Below are positions 41,201 through 49,294 of a DNA stretch of 64,000 nucleotides, one piece after another. Position 1 is the first letter of the stretch. Each line of letters opens with the position of its first letter. Source of the DNA: an uncultured Opitutales bacterium (GTDB lineage Bacteria > Verrucomicrobiota > Verrucomicrobiia > Opitutales > CAZQIE01); the NCBI GenBank assembly GCA_964593675.1, contig CAZQIE010000003.1, forward strand, positions 1,322-65,321, read 5' to 3'. The translations under genes and the position numbers were made by a program. Below the pieces are notes generated by a model. That model was not told the origin of the DNA, ran no database searches, and saw nothing but the letters and a program-made list of their open reading frames with translations.

Positions 41201-44200
41201 GCCCAGCGGGCCGCGGGTACGAGGTTCGTCGGCACGTAGTGGAAGGCCAGCCCGTAGGCGCCTTCACCGCGGATGCCGGGATTGTCGTCCGCCCAGTCCG
41301 GGTGCACGCCGCCGAAGCCCCAGGCGTCCATGGCCGGATGGATGCCGGCGAAGATCGCCCACATGCTGCGCTGGAGGCCGACGTGCGTGGAGATGTCGCG
41401 GGTGCTGTCATGCCGGGCCATGGCGATGCCGAAGGGGCCGACGAAGTTACCGATTGGGTAGAAGTGGTAGCCCATGCCTTCGACGTTCCAGCCCTTGGTC
41501 GTGGAGTCATTGCCCAGGTTGGCATTCAGGTAGTCCGCGACCCGGTTGTACGCCGCATCCAGCTTGGCCGAGTCGTAGGTGTGGTCGGTAGCCAGCAGGC
41601 AGATGCCGCCGGAGGCCCCTCGCCCACCCTGCCAGTTGCTGGAGGTCTCCGTGTTCTGCTCCGTGCCGCCATTATCCACGATCATCTCACCCATCTCCTT
41701 GAGCGCAGAGGACACACGGTAATCGAAGGCACTGTCCCAGGAGGGCGCATTCACGCACCAGTCGTACGTGTAGGCGACACGCGTCCCGAGCCAGAACGAG
41801 GCAAGGCCCTTGGCGTTCGTGTTCGCCCAACCGTAAGTCGTATTTTCGAGAACCTGCGTCACCAGCGTCTTCGCCGTCTGCGCGTAGGAGTCGTCCCCGG
41901 TGAGGACGTAGAGGAAGCCGTTGAGTTGAGCGCGCAGGGCCTGGTCATATGAGGCATCCACGGTTTCGTGCAGGCTTGTGTCCGCGAGGTAATCGAGGAT
42001 CGCCTGCCTCATGTTGCTGTACGGCTCGCGGGTAAGGCGGTCGCGCAGGCCCGGGATCTCGCTCGCGCTGAAGGCGAGGCGCGGGTGTTCGCCCACCTGG
42101 AACGCGAAGTATTTGGAGAAGTCGCCGACTGCGTAGAACGCATCCGTCGTGGACGCCGCGGTCGCCTGGTTCGCGTTTATCACGAACGTGCTCCCGGCAG
42201 CGTAGCCACCGAATGCCACCTTGTTGTCCGAGGCGACGGCGACGGTGTAATTTGCGCCTTCGGTGGACAGGCGTGCAGAGAGCTCGCGGCTCGTGAAGTC
42301 CGGACTGAAAACGAGGATATACGCGCCGCCGGAGTAGTTTGCACCGGGGAGGAAGTCCGTATCAGGGGCAAGGCCCGAAGCGCAGGACCCGGTGACGTAG
42401 ACGCGGCCGGTCGCGTCCGCCGCCAGGCCGGTCTGGCGGACGAAGACAGTGCTGCCGGCGCCGGAATTCAGACGGTTCGTGTAGAAGCGCACGGCCTTGA
42501 CGGCGCCTGTCGCCGGATCATGCCGCGTGAGCGCGAGGTGTGGCTCTGTGCTCGTGTTTGCCAGGTAGTCATACGTGTCTGTCGTGGCCGCGAGGGGAGC
42601 GGCGGTCGTGATCGAGAACGGGTCAAAGCGGATGGGATTATTGCCGCCATCCGTCTCCATTGTGAAATACAGGTAGCCGTCGGCGCCGAGGGTGATGCGT
42701 TCCCCGTACGTATCGGCCATATTGTTGGTGCCGTTGTTGATCCAGCGGGCGTCGAGCACGGGGTCCGCCGTCGTGCCGCTCGTCACCTTATCTTCCCAGT
42801 CATAGGCGCGAATGCGGATATCATTGAAGGCGAGAGCTGGGGAGGCGCTGGGGTCGCCAAGGCTGCGCCCAAGCAAGATTGGAATATCAACAGGGTTCGC
42901 CCCGTTAGCACTGTCGTCTACTGCCGTAATGTTCTTCCAGCCGCACAGCCATACGGTCTTGTGCGCCTCGTCCACGACCACGTCGTTCGTGTTTTGGCCA
43001 GCACCGCTCATGGTGCCCAGCTCCGTGCCATCGGCGGCGATGACGGGAACGGTCACGCCAGGCAACGTGTGATTTTCGTAGCTGCTGCTCGTCGAGGTAA
43101 GGGCGGCTGCAATGCCGGAGGTGCCGGCGTCAACGCGGTGCACATTGCGGCCCTCGTAAGTCTTCGCCCAAACAAGGGCGGAGGCACTCGGGTTGAGCTT
43201 CAGGAAGCCGTGTGGGCCGGCGGCCACGTAAACGTTGTCCGAGCCGTCGCACGCGACGTCGAGCACCTTGTCCCCGACGATGGTCAGCGAGAGCAGAGTC
43301 TTGCCGTCGTGGCTGAAACGGGCGACGAAGCCGCGCTGACCTGCCGTGGCGCCGTTCAGGTACGTGGGAGACACACCTGACGGGAAGCTGGCGGGATCGG
43401 CGTAACCGACGAGCACGAGCGTGCCGTCCGATTGGAACACGGAACCGCGCACGGCTTCGTCGTCAGAGCCTGCCGTCCCGGCGAAGGTGGCGGTATCGAC
43501 GTAGTTCGGGCGCGCCGTGATGTTGACGGTCGCCGAGACGGTCTGGCCGCCATTGCTGTCCGTGGCGAGGGCGTTCAGTGGGTGCTCGCCTTCCGACACG
43601 TTCGTCCACGTGTAGGAGTACGGTGAGGTTGTGTCCGTGCCGAGGGTGACGAGGCTGCGGCGGAACTGCACACTCGTGACCGTGCCGTCACTGTCTGAGG
43701 CGGTGGCCTGCATGGTGACGTTCGCGCCTGCCACGGTCTTTAGGCCGTCTGCCGGCGTGGTAAGGGAGACGGTCGGGGCATTATTGAACACGCCAATGAG
43801 TCGGAATTCGTCCAGCGTCAGCTTGGGCAATGTATTGATGGGCGTGGGCTGGAAGAGCGTCAGGTAGTACCCGCCGTCCGCCGCAACGGTGAAAGTGGTC
43901 TCATACAGGGCTTCAGTTTCAGTGAGGGTCCAGGTCACGAGCGCGTCGCTGTTGGCGGGCTCCGTGATGGAAGTCTTTACCGCGAAGGCCAATTTCACGC
44001 TGCCGGAGGAGGACTCCCTAGCCTTGAACTGGATCTTGTACGTCTGCCCGGCAAACAGATAGACCTTCGGGCTTGCGAGCGCCGTCGCGCCTGCCGAGGC
44101 CCCGGCATTGTAAACCTCCTGCCCGAGCGCGCCTCCCGTATCGGCCCGCAGGCTGCTCACGCCGCTCCAGCCATGGGTGGCATCGTCGAAGCGGTAGTGC

Positions 44201-46104
44201 ACGAAGGGAGCCAGTGTGCCATCGGCGAAGTTGATGGAAATGCTCACGGTCCGGGTCGTCGTGCCGCCGTGCTCGTCGGTCGCGACGACCGAGAGTGTGT
44301 GGGCGCCCGGGAGGTAATTGGTCCAGTTGTACGTGAACGGGGCTTCGGTAAACGTTTTCAGGACCGTGTCGCCATCCTTGAACTCCACCTTCGTCACCGC
44401 ACCGCTCAGCCCCATGGCGTCCGCCGTGATCGTGATGGGATCACCTTCGTTGAATGTCGCGCTGGCGGTGGGGCTGGTGATCTCAACCACCGGCGGTACC
44501 ACCTCGCGCACGGATATTCCGTCCATGTAAGCGTTGGTCGCGCCCGAACCGCCAAGCGTGAATATCAGGTACTGGTTGCCCGAGTTCTCGGGAGTAAAAA
44601 TATGCGTGAGCGTCTCGTAGTAGAAAGAGATGTAGATGTTGCGGGTGCTTTCAAAGACCTTAAGCTCCGTCATGCCGCTCCGGCCAAGGGTGGAATTCAG
44701 GTTTGCGGTGATCGGGCGGTTGCTCTCGAGCGTGCCTTTAAAACTGAGGGCGTACTGACGGCCTGCGACGAGGTTGAGGGCGGGCGAAGCGAGGTAGTCC
44801 GTGTCGATCACCTGTGTCGAGCGCACATAGCTGAGGTCGCCTGTCGGGCCAGGAAAGGTCGCGTCCCTCAGCCAGTATTGGGTTCCGTTATAGGACGCTC
44901 CCTGGAGCTTCGCGGTCGTCCAGTTCTCGTAATCGACCGTGAAGGAACTGTTGAGCAGCATGTATTGCCCCGCAAAGAAAGGCCGCACAATGCGGGCGTT
45001 ATCCGTGCCGGCCGCGTCCTCCAACGTGCCTGCGGGGATTTCCAGCAGGTAGGATTGGCGGTCGGTCGTAGCGTCGTGCTGGATCGTGAGGACGGCCCCG
45101 TTCACGCTCGCTGATATCCCGCCGAGCGCCACGCCCGTGGTCGCATTTCGAATAGCGATCTGGCTGCCATTCAGGAGCGTCACGTCACGGTCGAAAGTGA
45201 CTTGGATTGCTGCGCCTGTATCAGGCTGGCAGTCCGCCATCGTCGCCACCTGCGGCGTCTGCTTGGCAACGCGGAAGGTGTAATCAATCGGGCCGTTGGG
45301 CGTCGCGTCGTCGGCACGGCCAATCGTCCCGGCCGGAATGCGCACCCGGTATTCGGTATCCCAGGCAAGACCAGCGTGGGCAAGGGTGAGCGTCTTGCCG
45401 GAGACGGAGGGCGTGAGCGCCACCGTCGCGTTGTCGCTCGTGCGCTCTACCACCGCCTTTGTGAGGTCCGCGGCGGCGATGGGCTGTGCGAAAGTAAGGG
45501 TGACGGCCGCCGAGGGCGTCGAGGTCGTACCGCCGGAAACAGGCACGCTGCTGGCGAGCTGGACGCGGTGGGCCGTGCCCAGGAGTTCCAGCTCAACAAT
45601 CCCGATTCGCACGCCCTCAAGCTCCGTGCAGTCCAGCTTGATGCGCCGCCCCGTGACGACGGCGGAGAAGGTGAGGGAGTAATCGTTGCTGTCCACGTTG
45701 GAGGCCGAAGTGATGGTCTCCCAGGCGCTCCCGTTCCAGTGCGACAGCGTAAAAGCCTTGGGCCGCAGGTTGGAATCGCCACTCGCCACCGCCCCGACCA
45801 GCCGCAGGCCCGTCAGGCTGGCGTTTTGCCCGAGGTCGATTTCCGCCCACTGGGGAATTTGGGCGAGGCTCTTCCATTGCCTGCCATTTGTCGTGCTCCC
45901 GTCCACGAGCGACGGCGGGCTGGACGTAAGGTCCATCAGCGAGCTCACCGTCGTTGGGCGCCCAGCCGCCAGGTTCGTTTGTGCGTGCGCAGGGGTCACT
46001 CCAAACGCAAGCACAAGCGCCAGAAGCGAAAACAGCCACAGGAAGCGGGAGCCAGTTACGCGGCAGGCACGCGGACTCATAACGGGGACGAGAGGGCGAA
46101 ACAT
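35296..46104 (-). CDS. giant (3602 aa) secreted multidomain protein: discoidin, SbsA-Ig, Ig-like/PKD-like/Big_2/FN3/cadherin-like repeats, beta-propeller-like region and a heparinase II/III-like region
   Basis: One uninterrupted ORF. N-terminal signal peptide (FLWLFSLLALVLAFGVTPAHA). F5/8 type C-like domain (NLAAGRPTTVSS..VDGSTTNGRQW). Five PKD-like modules, three of them with the WSKVSGPGTVTF motif. FN3 (VHLTWLDNSVGETGFVVERSTDGSNW) and Big_2-like modules. Central alginate-lyase/heparinase II/III-like stretch at about nt 40240-42100. C-terminal DEDADSDGIKNLIEFALGSDP segment plus a terminal beta-sandwich-like tail. An alternative start lies at 46080. Confidence 0.9.
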   Translation of the reverse strand: MFRPLVPVMSPRACRVTGSRFLWLFSLLALVLAFGVTPAHAQTNLAAGRPTTVSSLMDLTSSPPSLVDGSTTNGRQWKSLAQIPQWAEIDLGQNASLTGLRLVGAVASGDSNLRPKAFTLSHWNGSAWETITSASNVDSNDYSLTFSAVVTGRRIKLDCTELEGVRIGIVELELLGTAHRVQLASSVPVSGGTTSTPSAAVTLTFAQPIAAADLTKAVVERTSDNATVALTPSVSGKTLTLAHAGLAWDTEYRVRIPAGTIGRADDATPNGPIDYTFRVAKQTPQVATMADCQPDTGAAIQVTFDRDVTLLNGSQIAIRNATTGVALGGISASVNGAVLTIQHDATTDRQSYLLEIPAGTLEDAAGTDNARIVRPFFAGQYMLLNSSFTVDYENWTTAKLQGASYNGTQYWLRDATFPGPTGDLSYVRSTQVIDTDYLASPALNLVAGRQYALSFKGTLESNRPITANLNSTLGRSGMTELKVFESTRNIYISFYYETLTHIFTPENSGNQYLIFTLGGSGATNAYMDGISVREVVPPVVEITSPTASATFNEGDPITITADAMGLSGAVTKVEFKDGDTVLKTFTEAPFTYNWTNYLPGAHTLSVVATDEHGGTTTRTVSISINFADGTLAPFVHYRFDDATHGWSGVSSLRADTGGALGQEVYNAGASAGATALASPKVYLFAGQTYKIQFKARESSSGSVKLAFAVKTSITEPANSDALVTWTLTETEALYETTFTVAADGGYYLTLFQPTPINTLPKLTLDEFRLIGVFNNAPTVSLTTPADGLKTVAGANVTMQATASDSDGTVTSVQFRRSLVTLGTDTTSPYSYTWTNVSEGEHPLNALATDSNGGQTVSATVNITARPNYVDTATFAGTAGSDDEAVRGSVFQSDGTLVLVGYADPASFPSGVSPTYLNGATAGQRGFVARFSHDGKTLLSLTIVGDKVLDVACDGSDNVYVAAGPHGFLKLNPSASALVWAKTYEGRNVHRVDAGTSGIAAALTSTSSSYENHTLPGVTVPVIAADGTELGTMSGAGQNTNDVVVDEAHKTVWLCGWKNITAVDDSANGANPVDIPILLGRSLGDPSASPALAFNDIRIRAYDWEDKVTSGTTADPVLDARWINNGTNNMADTYGERITLGADGYLYFTMETDGGNNPIRFDPFSITTAAPLAATTDTYDYLANTSTEPHLALTRHDPATGAVKAVRFYTNRLNSGAGSTVFVRQTGLAADATGRVYVTGSCASGLAPDTDFLPGANYSGGAYILVFSPDFTSRELSARLSTEGANYTVAVASDNKVAFGGYAAGSTFVINANQATAASTTDAFYAVGDFSKYFAFQVGEHPRLAFSASEIPGLRDRLTREPYSNMRQAILDYLADTSLHETVDASYDQALRAQLNGFLYVLTGDDSYAQTAKTLVTQVLENTTYGWANTNAKGLASFWLGTRVAYTYDWCVNAPSWDSAFDYRVSSALKEMGEMIVDNGGTEQNTETSSNWQGGRGASGGICLLATDHTYDSAKLDAAYNRVADYLNANLGNDSTTKGWNVEGMGYHFYPIGNFVGPFGIAMARHDSTRDISTHVGLQRSMWAIFAGIHPAMDAWGFGGVHPDWADDNPGIRGEGAYGLAFHYVPTNLVPAARWAYDRMMGASAVRGYGSPMKSYWDMHRGGTIWSFLYYPETVPAADPAELYDAHRVGDDSGAQGIGLFTFRSGYTYDPNTEYLAQFNARTRFPGGHNGPDGLGFRVIGEGTGWVVGGGRNNPGKKIGQATLYKAFPTDSSVTDDGTKLGTITASVLRADGGGHVIAEMATSNTGVAAHKRWFTANYDSAQTGAAATYIIADTSTDGAYWHLPTYYGNSIAIDGNTFTITAPNGATMKGTVLYPASPTITTGTQERGSAYGKDGDGNDVSSNRYVSFGSADGDYLVVLTIQPSGQSHPSVSRTSGTIADAVVQVGSLAVTHQASGVLYNGSAYSAPTATVTFAAGAHGSITAGSSTQTVAYGAAATEPTITPDSGWAFLGWDKSVSAVVKSMTVTARYAALEGTPTAPSVLQASAASATSVHLTWLDNSVGETGFVVERSTDGSNWTSVATLASGTASCNATGLTASTAYSFRVKATGSVADSAWSNTATATTSAQNALPVFTSTPVARAYQDVAYTYNIVSTDADTPFPTLTAPTLPSWLTLTDNGNGTGTLTGTPAASDTSPASVTLRVNDGVNDPVDQTFSITIDRPPVVSITSPGIAPVNIPSGRGLKLAASATDDSGTSITWTWSKVSGPGTVTFDDANAAQTGASFSADGTYVVRATASDGTITGKADLTIWRGVVEPVLTKRTLLDFGGTSYVTSQKNLATSTLSTAQEYGDNSANDDAVHRRVLDDATAINPTIGSTYTGTNARFYGAWELWNLNASTTGTRNYVLNDDTNGDGIQIGSDNGSNKRTYAFVYWKKADFLDEGATRTIRLTGDATLSATLGNGSNHYTFRFAVKNAGQWYLSQTNLATAGTLSITNWTNERWATYSPGTTVGSLRANGSAASSALTYAAVELKNVEAVGVYAESLDASSSGDRIFQIRGMDLDGLLEFNANIGPDVNAGTDQTTDVNTAVTLTGTATDDGQPTSPGTMTYQWLQMAGPNTVTISNATALTANTTTGATVGTYRFRLEASDGQITTFDEVLVDGNPAPTFTQAPSITGGTVTGATGTLSALASDANDAEGTLTYTWSLVSGPASGTVAFSANAGNSAKNTTATFDRAGTYRLKLAVADPHGKVLEGTIDVTVAATPTTISVSPASTTISISTSTTFTASVSDQFSQTISSPSLTWSTTGGGEVNASGVFTAAASEGGPYTITATAGSVSATASVTVINNTPTMTDLTDVTVREGKPTAARAFTIGDVETAAGSLAVSGASSNATLVPNANITFGGSGASRTVTVTPASGQTGTATITITVSDGVKVVTDTFILTVVAREATSLTLTPASVTLLPAASQTFTATVRDQDSDPLSPQPTITWSTTGGGTIVDGAFTASTTPGGPYTITAQASGLSATASVTISNTAPTVTITAPATTEIMLTDASNSLRIAATVSDAETTPTITWSKVSGPGTVTFVDASAASTSVSFSTTGAYVLRITASDGFLSTSKDLTVGVGTAVDGIGSTKLIQLNFMDGTDGSASAGSIPALGGTTWISLTGKNDTPVNTDTDLTNLKTSTNSNSGVALVWVDGFGFAHNSQGENGTTGSGTSTDAASSYNSSGITTVDGSRFFPWSVADSWNAVHQGTDGFASFTLSSTAKHRYSFWVLSSHDDANPAENAGRTGLFNVGGTVSSVSNNAVSFTGGTTITLNANKQQGTDETADSTGDTTLKYQIGTIKDIVATYNSSSSKYETTFQIGDGSTTSNGAYLNAIIVEATEFVTPNTGPLVACGTAPAATAGVAANLSGTVTDTDNMPVDRLLTATWSKVSGPGTVTFGNAANASTTVTFSKAGTYVLRLTGNDENAETFQELTVEVKTPYQTWLSGKSLGTKTAPDEDADSDGIKNLIEFALGSDPAVPSGNVLPTSGVVEQSGQKKMTLTFTPNAVNGLVYTIQSSTDLSTWTNETVVNSLTSGQAYTYTDATALPSTGGRFLRLQISEQ

Positions 46105-46475
46105 ACGAAAACGAAGAAAAGGGGGGTATTAACAACAGGCCGGATGGATGGATGAACTCTCCGGAATGCCTGTTTCGCAAAAGGGATATTATCAGTTGGG
46201 AATCGCGACGGACTGGCAAAGAGCAATTTTCACCTACAGCAGGGTGAACATAACCTGGAGGGCATCGCGTGCCGAAGGGGACAATTCAGCCACACAACAA
46301 GGCTCTTCATAACGAGGGGAGTAGGTATAGTTAGGGGGGAACAAGGTGCGGCCAAACCAGCACAGGTCGCGGTAAACAGGAGTATTCTTGCATTTCCCAG
46401 TAAGGCGCTCAATCCTCGTGAAGGGATAACGCTGTCCCTCTCTCTGCACCCGCCGCCTGCGACCCCGCTTTTCAA

Positions 46476-47555
46476 ATGAAATTCACAATGAACGACGTTG
46501 CGCGTGCGGCTGGCGTTTCGCCCATTACGGTCTCACGCGCCTTTCGGGATCACCCCAAATGCAGCCAGGCCACACGTGAGCGCGTGCTCGCGGTTGCCAA
46601 GAGGATGGGCTACCAGCCCAACGCCGTTGCAGCCCTGATGAGCTCCCTGCGAAAAACAAAGAAGCCCACGACTTACTCCTTAGCCATCCTCAACCCCTTC
46701 AATGACCGCAAGGCCCTGTACACGGGGCCGCGTGCCGAGCTTACATCGGGCGCTATTGAACGCGCAGCCTCCCTTGGGCTGGATATTCAGGAACTTTGGC
46801 TAGCCGATGACCCCACCGACCCGAGTTTTCGCCCGGACGATCTTACTTACGTAAAAAAGGTTATGCGCACTTTGAAGGCGCGCGGCATTACGGGCCTGAT
46901 TTTGCCCGCTGCCTACAATAACAAACTGATACAGGCCGACTGGGAGGACTTCAGTGTGGCCATAGGCTTGCATTCCAGTTTGCAACCAAGGCATCACGCG
47001 AGTGAAGCAAACTGGAGCTACAACCTGCGGCTCGCTTTCACGAAATTGCGCGAACGCGGTTACCAGCGCATCGGCTTGTGCCTGTCCAATTGGTTGGATA
47101 TCACCACGATGCAGAGTTATACTTCAACCTTTCTGCGCATTCAGCACGACTTGGCGGAGTCTAGCCGGGTGCGATTCCTGACGGACCGTGAGATCGGGGC
47201 GAACCCGCTGAAATCCCGCCTCCGCAAGGTGGAGGACTGGATACACCGGGAACGGGTGGATGCCGTGATCTGCTCAAATTGTGAAGTCGTTCCCGCGCTG
47301 GAAAACGCCGGTCTGCGTGTGCCCGAAGACATCGGGGTGGCCCACCTGTGGCACGCCCCCGATGTTGCAGACTGGTCCGGCGTGGCCCCCCAGCTTCGCG
47401 CAATCGGGGCTGCCCTCGTGGACCTCGTTCTCGTCCAGTTGCAGACCGGCGAACGCGGCGTTCCCCGACATCCCCGTTCCGTATACTTCCATGGCGAATG
47501 GGTAGAAGGCCGCACCACGCGGCCCCCGCCTGAACCAGGACCGGTTTCACACTGA
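46476..47555 (+). CDS. LacI-family transcriptional regulator
   Basis: N-terminal HTH MKFTMNDVARAAGVSPITVSRAF...VSQATRERVLAVAKRMGYQPN followed by a periplasmic-binding-protein-like sugar-binding fold. Confidence 0.9.
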   Translation: MKFTMNDVARAAGVSPITVSRAFRDHPKCSQATRERVLAVAKRMGYQPNAVAALMSSLRKTKKPTTYSLAILNPFNDRKALYTGPRAELTSGAIERAASLGLDIQELWLADDPTDPSFRPDDLTYVKKVMRTLKARGITGLILPAAYNNKLIQADWEDFSVAIGLHSSLQPRHHASEANWSYNLRLAFTKLRERGYQRIGLCLSNWLDITTMQSYTSTFLRIQHDLAESSRVRFLTDREIGANPLKSRLRKVEDWIHRERVDAVICSNCEVVPALENAGLRVPEDIGVAHLWHAPDVADWSGVAPQLRAIGAALVDLVLVQLQTGERGVPRHPRSVYFHGEWVEGRTTRPPPEPGPVSH

Positions 47556-47833
47556 CTGCGGCTCCCCGCGGGGCAGGTAAGGCTCAGAACCATACAAAAC
47601 TTCGGGGCCTGAAGCCGTCGGGTTAAGCCCCACCAGGTTAAATAGATACGCAGGTATTTATACGTATTTTCCTTTGAGCTGGCGGATGCTGCTACTTCTC
47701 CCGCAGACCCCGTTCGCAAAGCCCAAGCTTATGCCCGGGACCAAAAAAAAGGCTCGACTTTTATTTGCTTAATAGCCTAGCAATAAATGGTTTACGGGGT
47801 GGCTACCCCGTCAACATTGTTACTTCACCTAAT

Positions 47834-49174
47834 ATGACGGCCGAAAAGAACGCTGGGGCAGGTCGTAAGTTCATCAAGCCTTCCTTCTCCTATCTCATTG
47901 AGAAAAAACGCGATGGGGGCGAGTTCACCGAAGACGAGATTCGTTACGTAGTTGACTCGGTATTGGACAAGGAAATGCCCGATTACCAGATGGCCGCATT
48001 GGGGATGGCCATTTATTTCCAGGGCATGTCGGCACAGGAAACGGCCGTCTTTGCCGAAGAGATGATGCTTTCCGGGGAGGTCGTGGACCTCTCGCGCATC
48101 ACGAAGCCGAAGATCGCAAAGTACTCCACGGGTGGCGTGGGTGACAAGACCGGCATGGTGCTTGCGCCGCTGGCGGCGTCGTGCGGCGTGGTCATGCCGT
48201 CGATGACGGGTATCGACGAGGACTTTGTGATCAGCACGATCGACAAGCTTGAGGCCATTCCGGGTTTCAATGCGAACGTGCCGCTGAAGGATTTTGTAAA
48301 CCAGCTCGTGCGCATCAACTGCGCGATGGCGATGCAGAACCCGGACATTGCTCCGGTGGACAACATGCTCTACGAGCTGCGCCAGAACACCGGGACGATC
48401 CCGAGCCTGCCGCTCATCACGGGCAGCATCCTGAGCAAGAAGCTCGCGGAAGGCGCCGAAGGGCTCGTTGTGGACGTCAAGTGGGGCAACGGTTCCTTTA
48501 TCAAGGACCTGGAGCAGGCCAAGCAGCTCGCCCGCTCGATCACCCGCGTGGCGCGCGGCATGAAGCGTCGTTGCGTGGCCCTGGTGTCGGACATGAACCA
48601 GCCGCTCGGTGACACGGTAGGGACGGCGCTCGAAGTGCAGGAAGCGATTGCGCTCCTCAAGGGCGAAGGCCCCGAGGACCTCAAGGAGCTCGTGCTGAAG
48701 CTGGGCATGGAGATCGTGCGCCTGGCTGGCGTCGCGGGTTCCACGCTGTCGGCAAAGCAGACGGTGGAGAAGCACCTGCGGGACGGCTCGGCCCTGACCA
48801 AGTTCAAGGAGATGGTCGCGGCCCAGGGCGGAAACACGGATTTCGTTGACCACCCGGACAAGTTCCCGAAGGCCAAGTACATCCGGAAGCTGCCGGCTCC
48901 GAAGCGCGGTTACGTGCACACGATCAACGCGGGCATGATCGCGCGCGGTGTGCAGGTGCTTGCGATGACGAAGAAGGGCAAGCTTGACCCGGCGGTAGGC
49001 GTGTCCGGCATCCAGAAGGTGGGCGCCCAGGTGAAACAGGGCGAGCCGCTGATGATGATTCACTATAACGACGAGTCGAAGCTGGAAGCCGCGCTGGAAT
49101 ACCTGCGCTCCGCTTACCGTCTGGCGCCGAAGCGCCCGGCTCCGCCGCAGCTCATCGTAGAGCGCGTCGCGTAA
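47834..49174 (+). CDS. deoA: thymidine / pyrimidine-nucleoside phosphorylase
   Basis: ATG at 47834 (the track start at 47765 is TTG). LIEKKRDGGEFTEDEI, MSAQETAVFAEEM, KYSTGGVGDKT and SGRGLGHTGGT-type regions are typical of the family. Confidence 0.9.
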   Translation: MTAEKNAGAGRKFIKPSFSYLIEKKRDGGEFTEDEIRYVVDSVLDKEMPDYQMAALGMAIYFQGMSAQETAVFAEEMMLSGEVVDLSRITKPKIAKYSTGGVGDKTGMVLAPLAASCGVVMPSMTGIDEDFVISTIDKLEAIPGFNANVPLKDFVNQLVRINCAMAMQNPDIAPVDNMLYELRQNTGTIPSLPLITGSILSKKLAEGAEGLVVDVKWGNGSFIKDLEQAKQLARSITRVARGMKRRCVALVSDMNQPLGDTVGTALEVQEAIALLKGEGPEDLKELVLKLGMEIVRLAGVAGSTLSAKQTVEKHLRDGSALTKFKEMVAAQGGNTDFVDHPDKFPKAKYIRKLPAPKRGYVHTINAGMIARGVQVLAMTKKGKLDPAVGVSGIQKVGAQVKQGEPLMMIHYNDESKLEAALEYLRSAYRLAPKRPAPPQLIVERVA

Positions 49175-49294
49175 AAACGCCACGACTCCGGCCGCGCCGC
49201 GGCCCGTTCGTCCGAGCTGGACAGCGGGTCGCGGGCGTCCGAAGATTTTTCCGAAAATTGCTCTGTTAGACCCGGCTCGCCCAAAATCCGTTAA

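Noticed and set aside
37864-46155. Series of 300-550-aa plus-strand ORFs (37864..39525, 40321..41952, 41968..43380, 44173..45114, 45202..46155)
   Set aside because: All lie antisense to the single 3602-aa ORF, which has coherent domain structure and a signal peptide. The antisense products are Arg/Gly/Val-rich.
46423-46438. GGGATAACGCTGTCCC as an autoregulatory LacI-family operator, 38 nt upstream of the LacI start
   Set aside because: It is only a 6-of-8 symmetric palindrome and a partial fit to the TGNAANCGNTNNCA-type consensus. I found no second copy near the giant gene or the GH94 gene. That is too weak to call as a feature.
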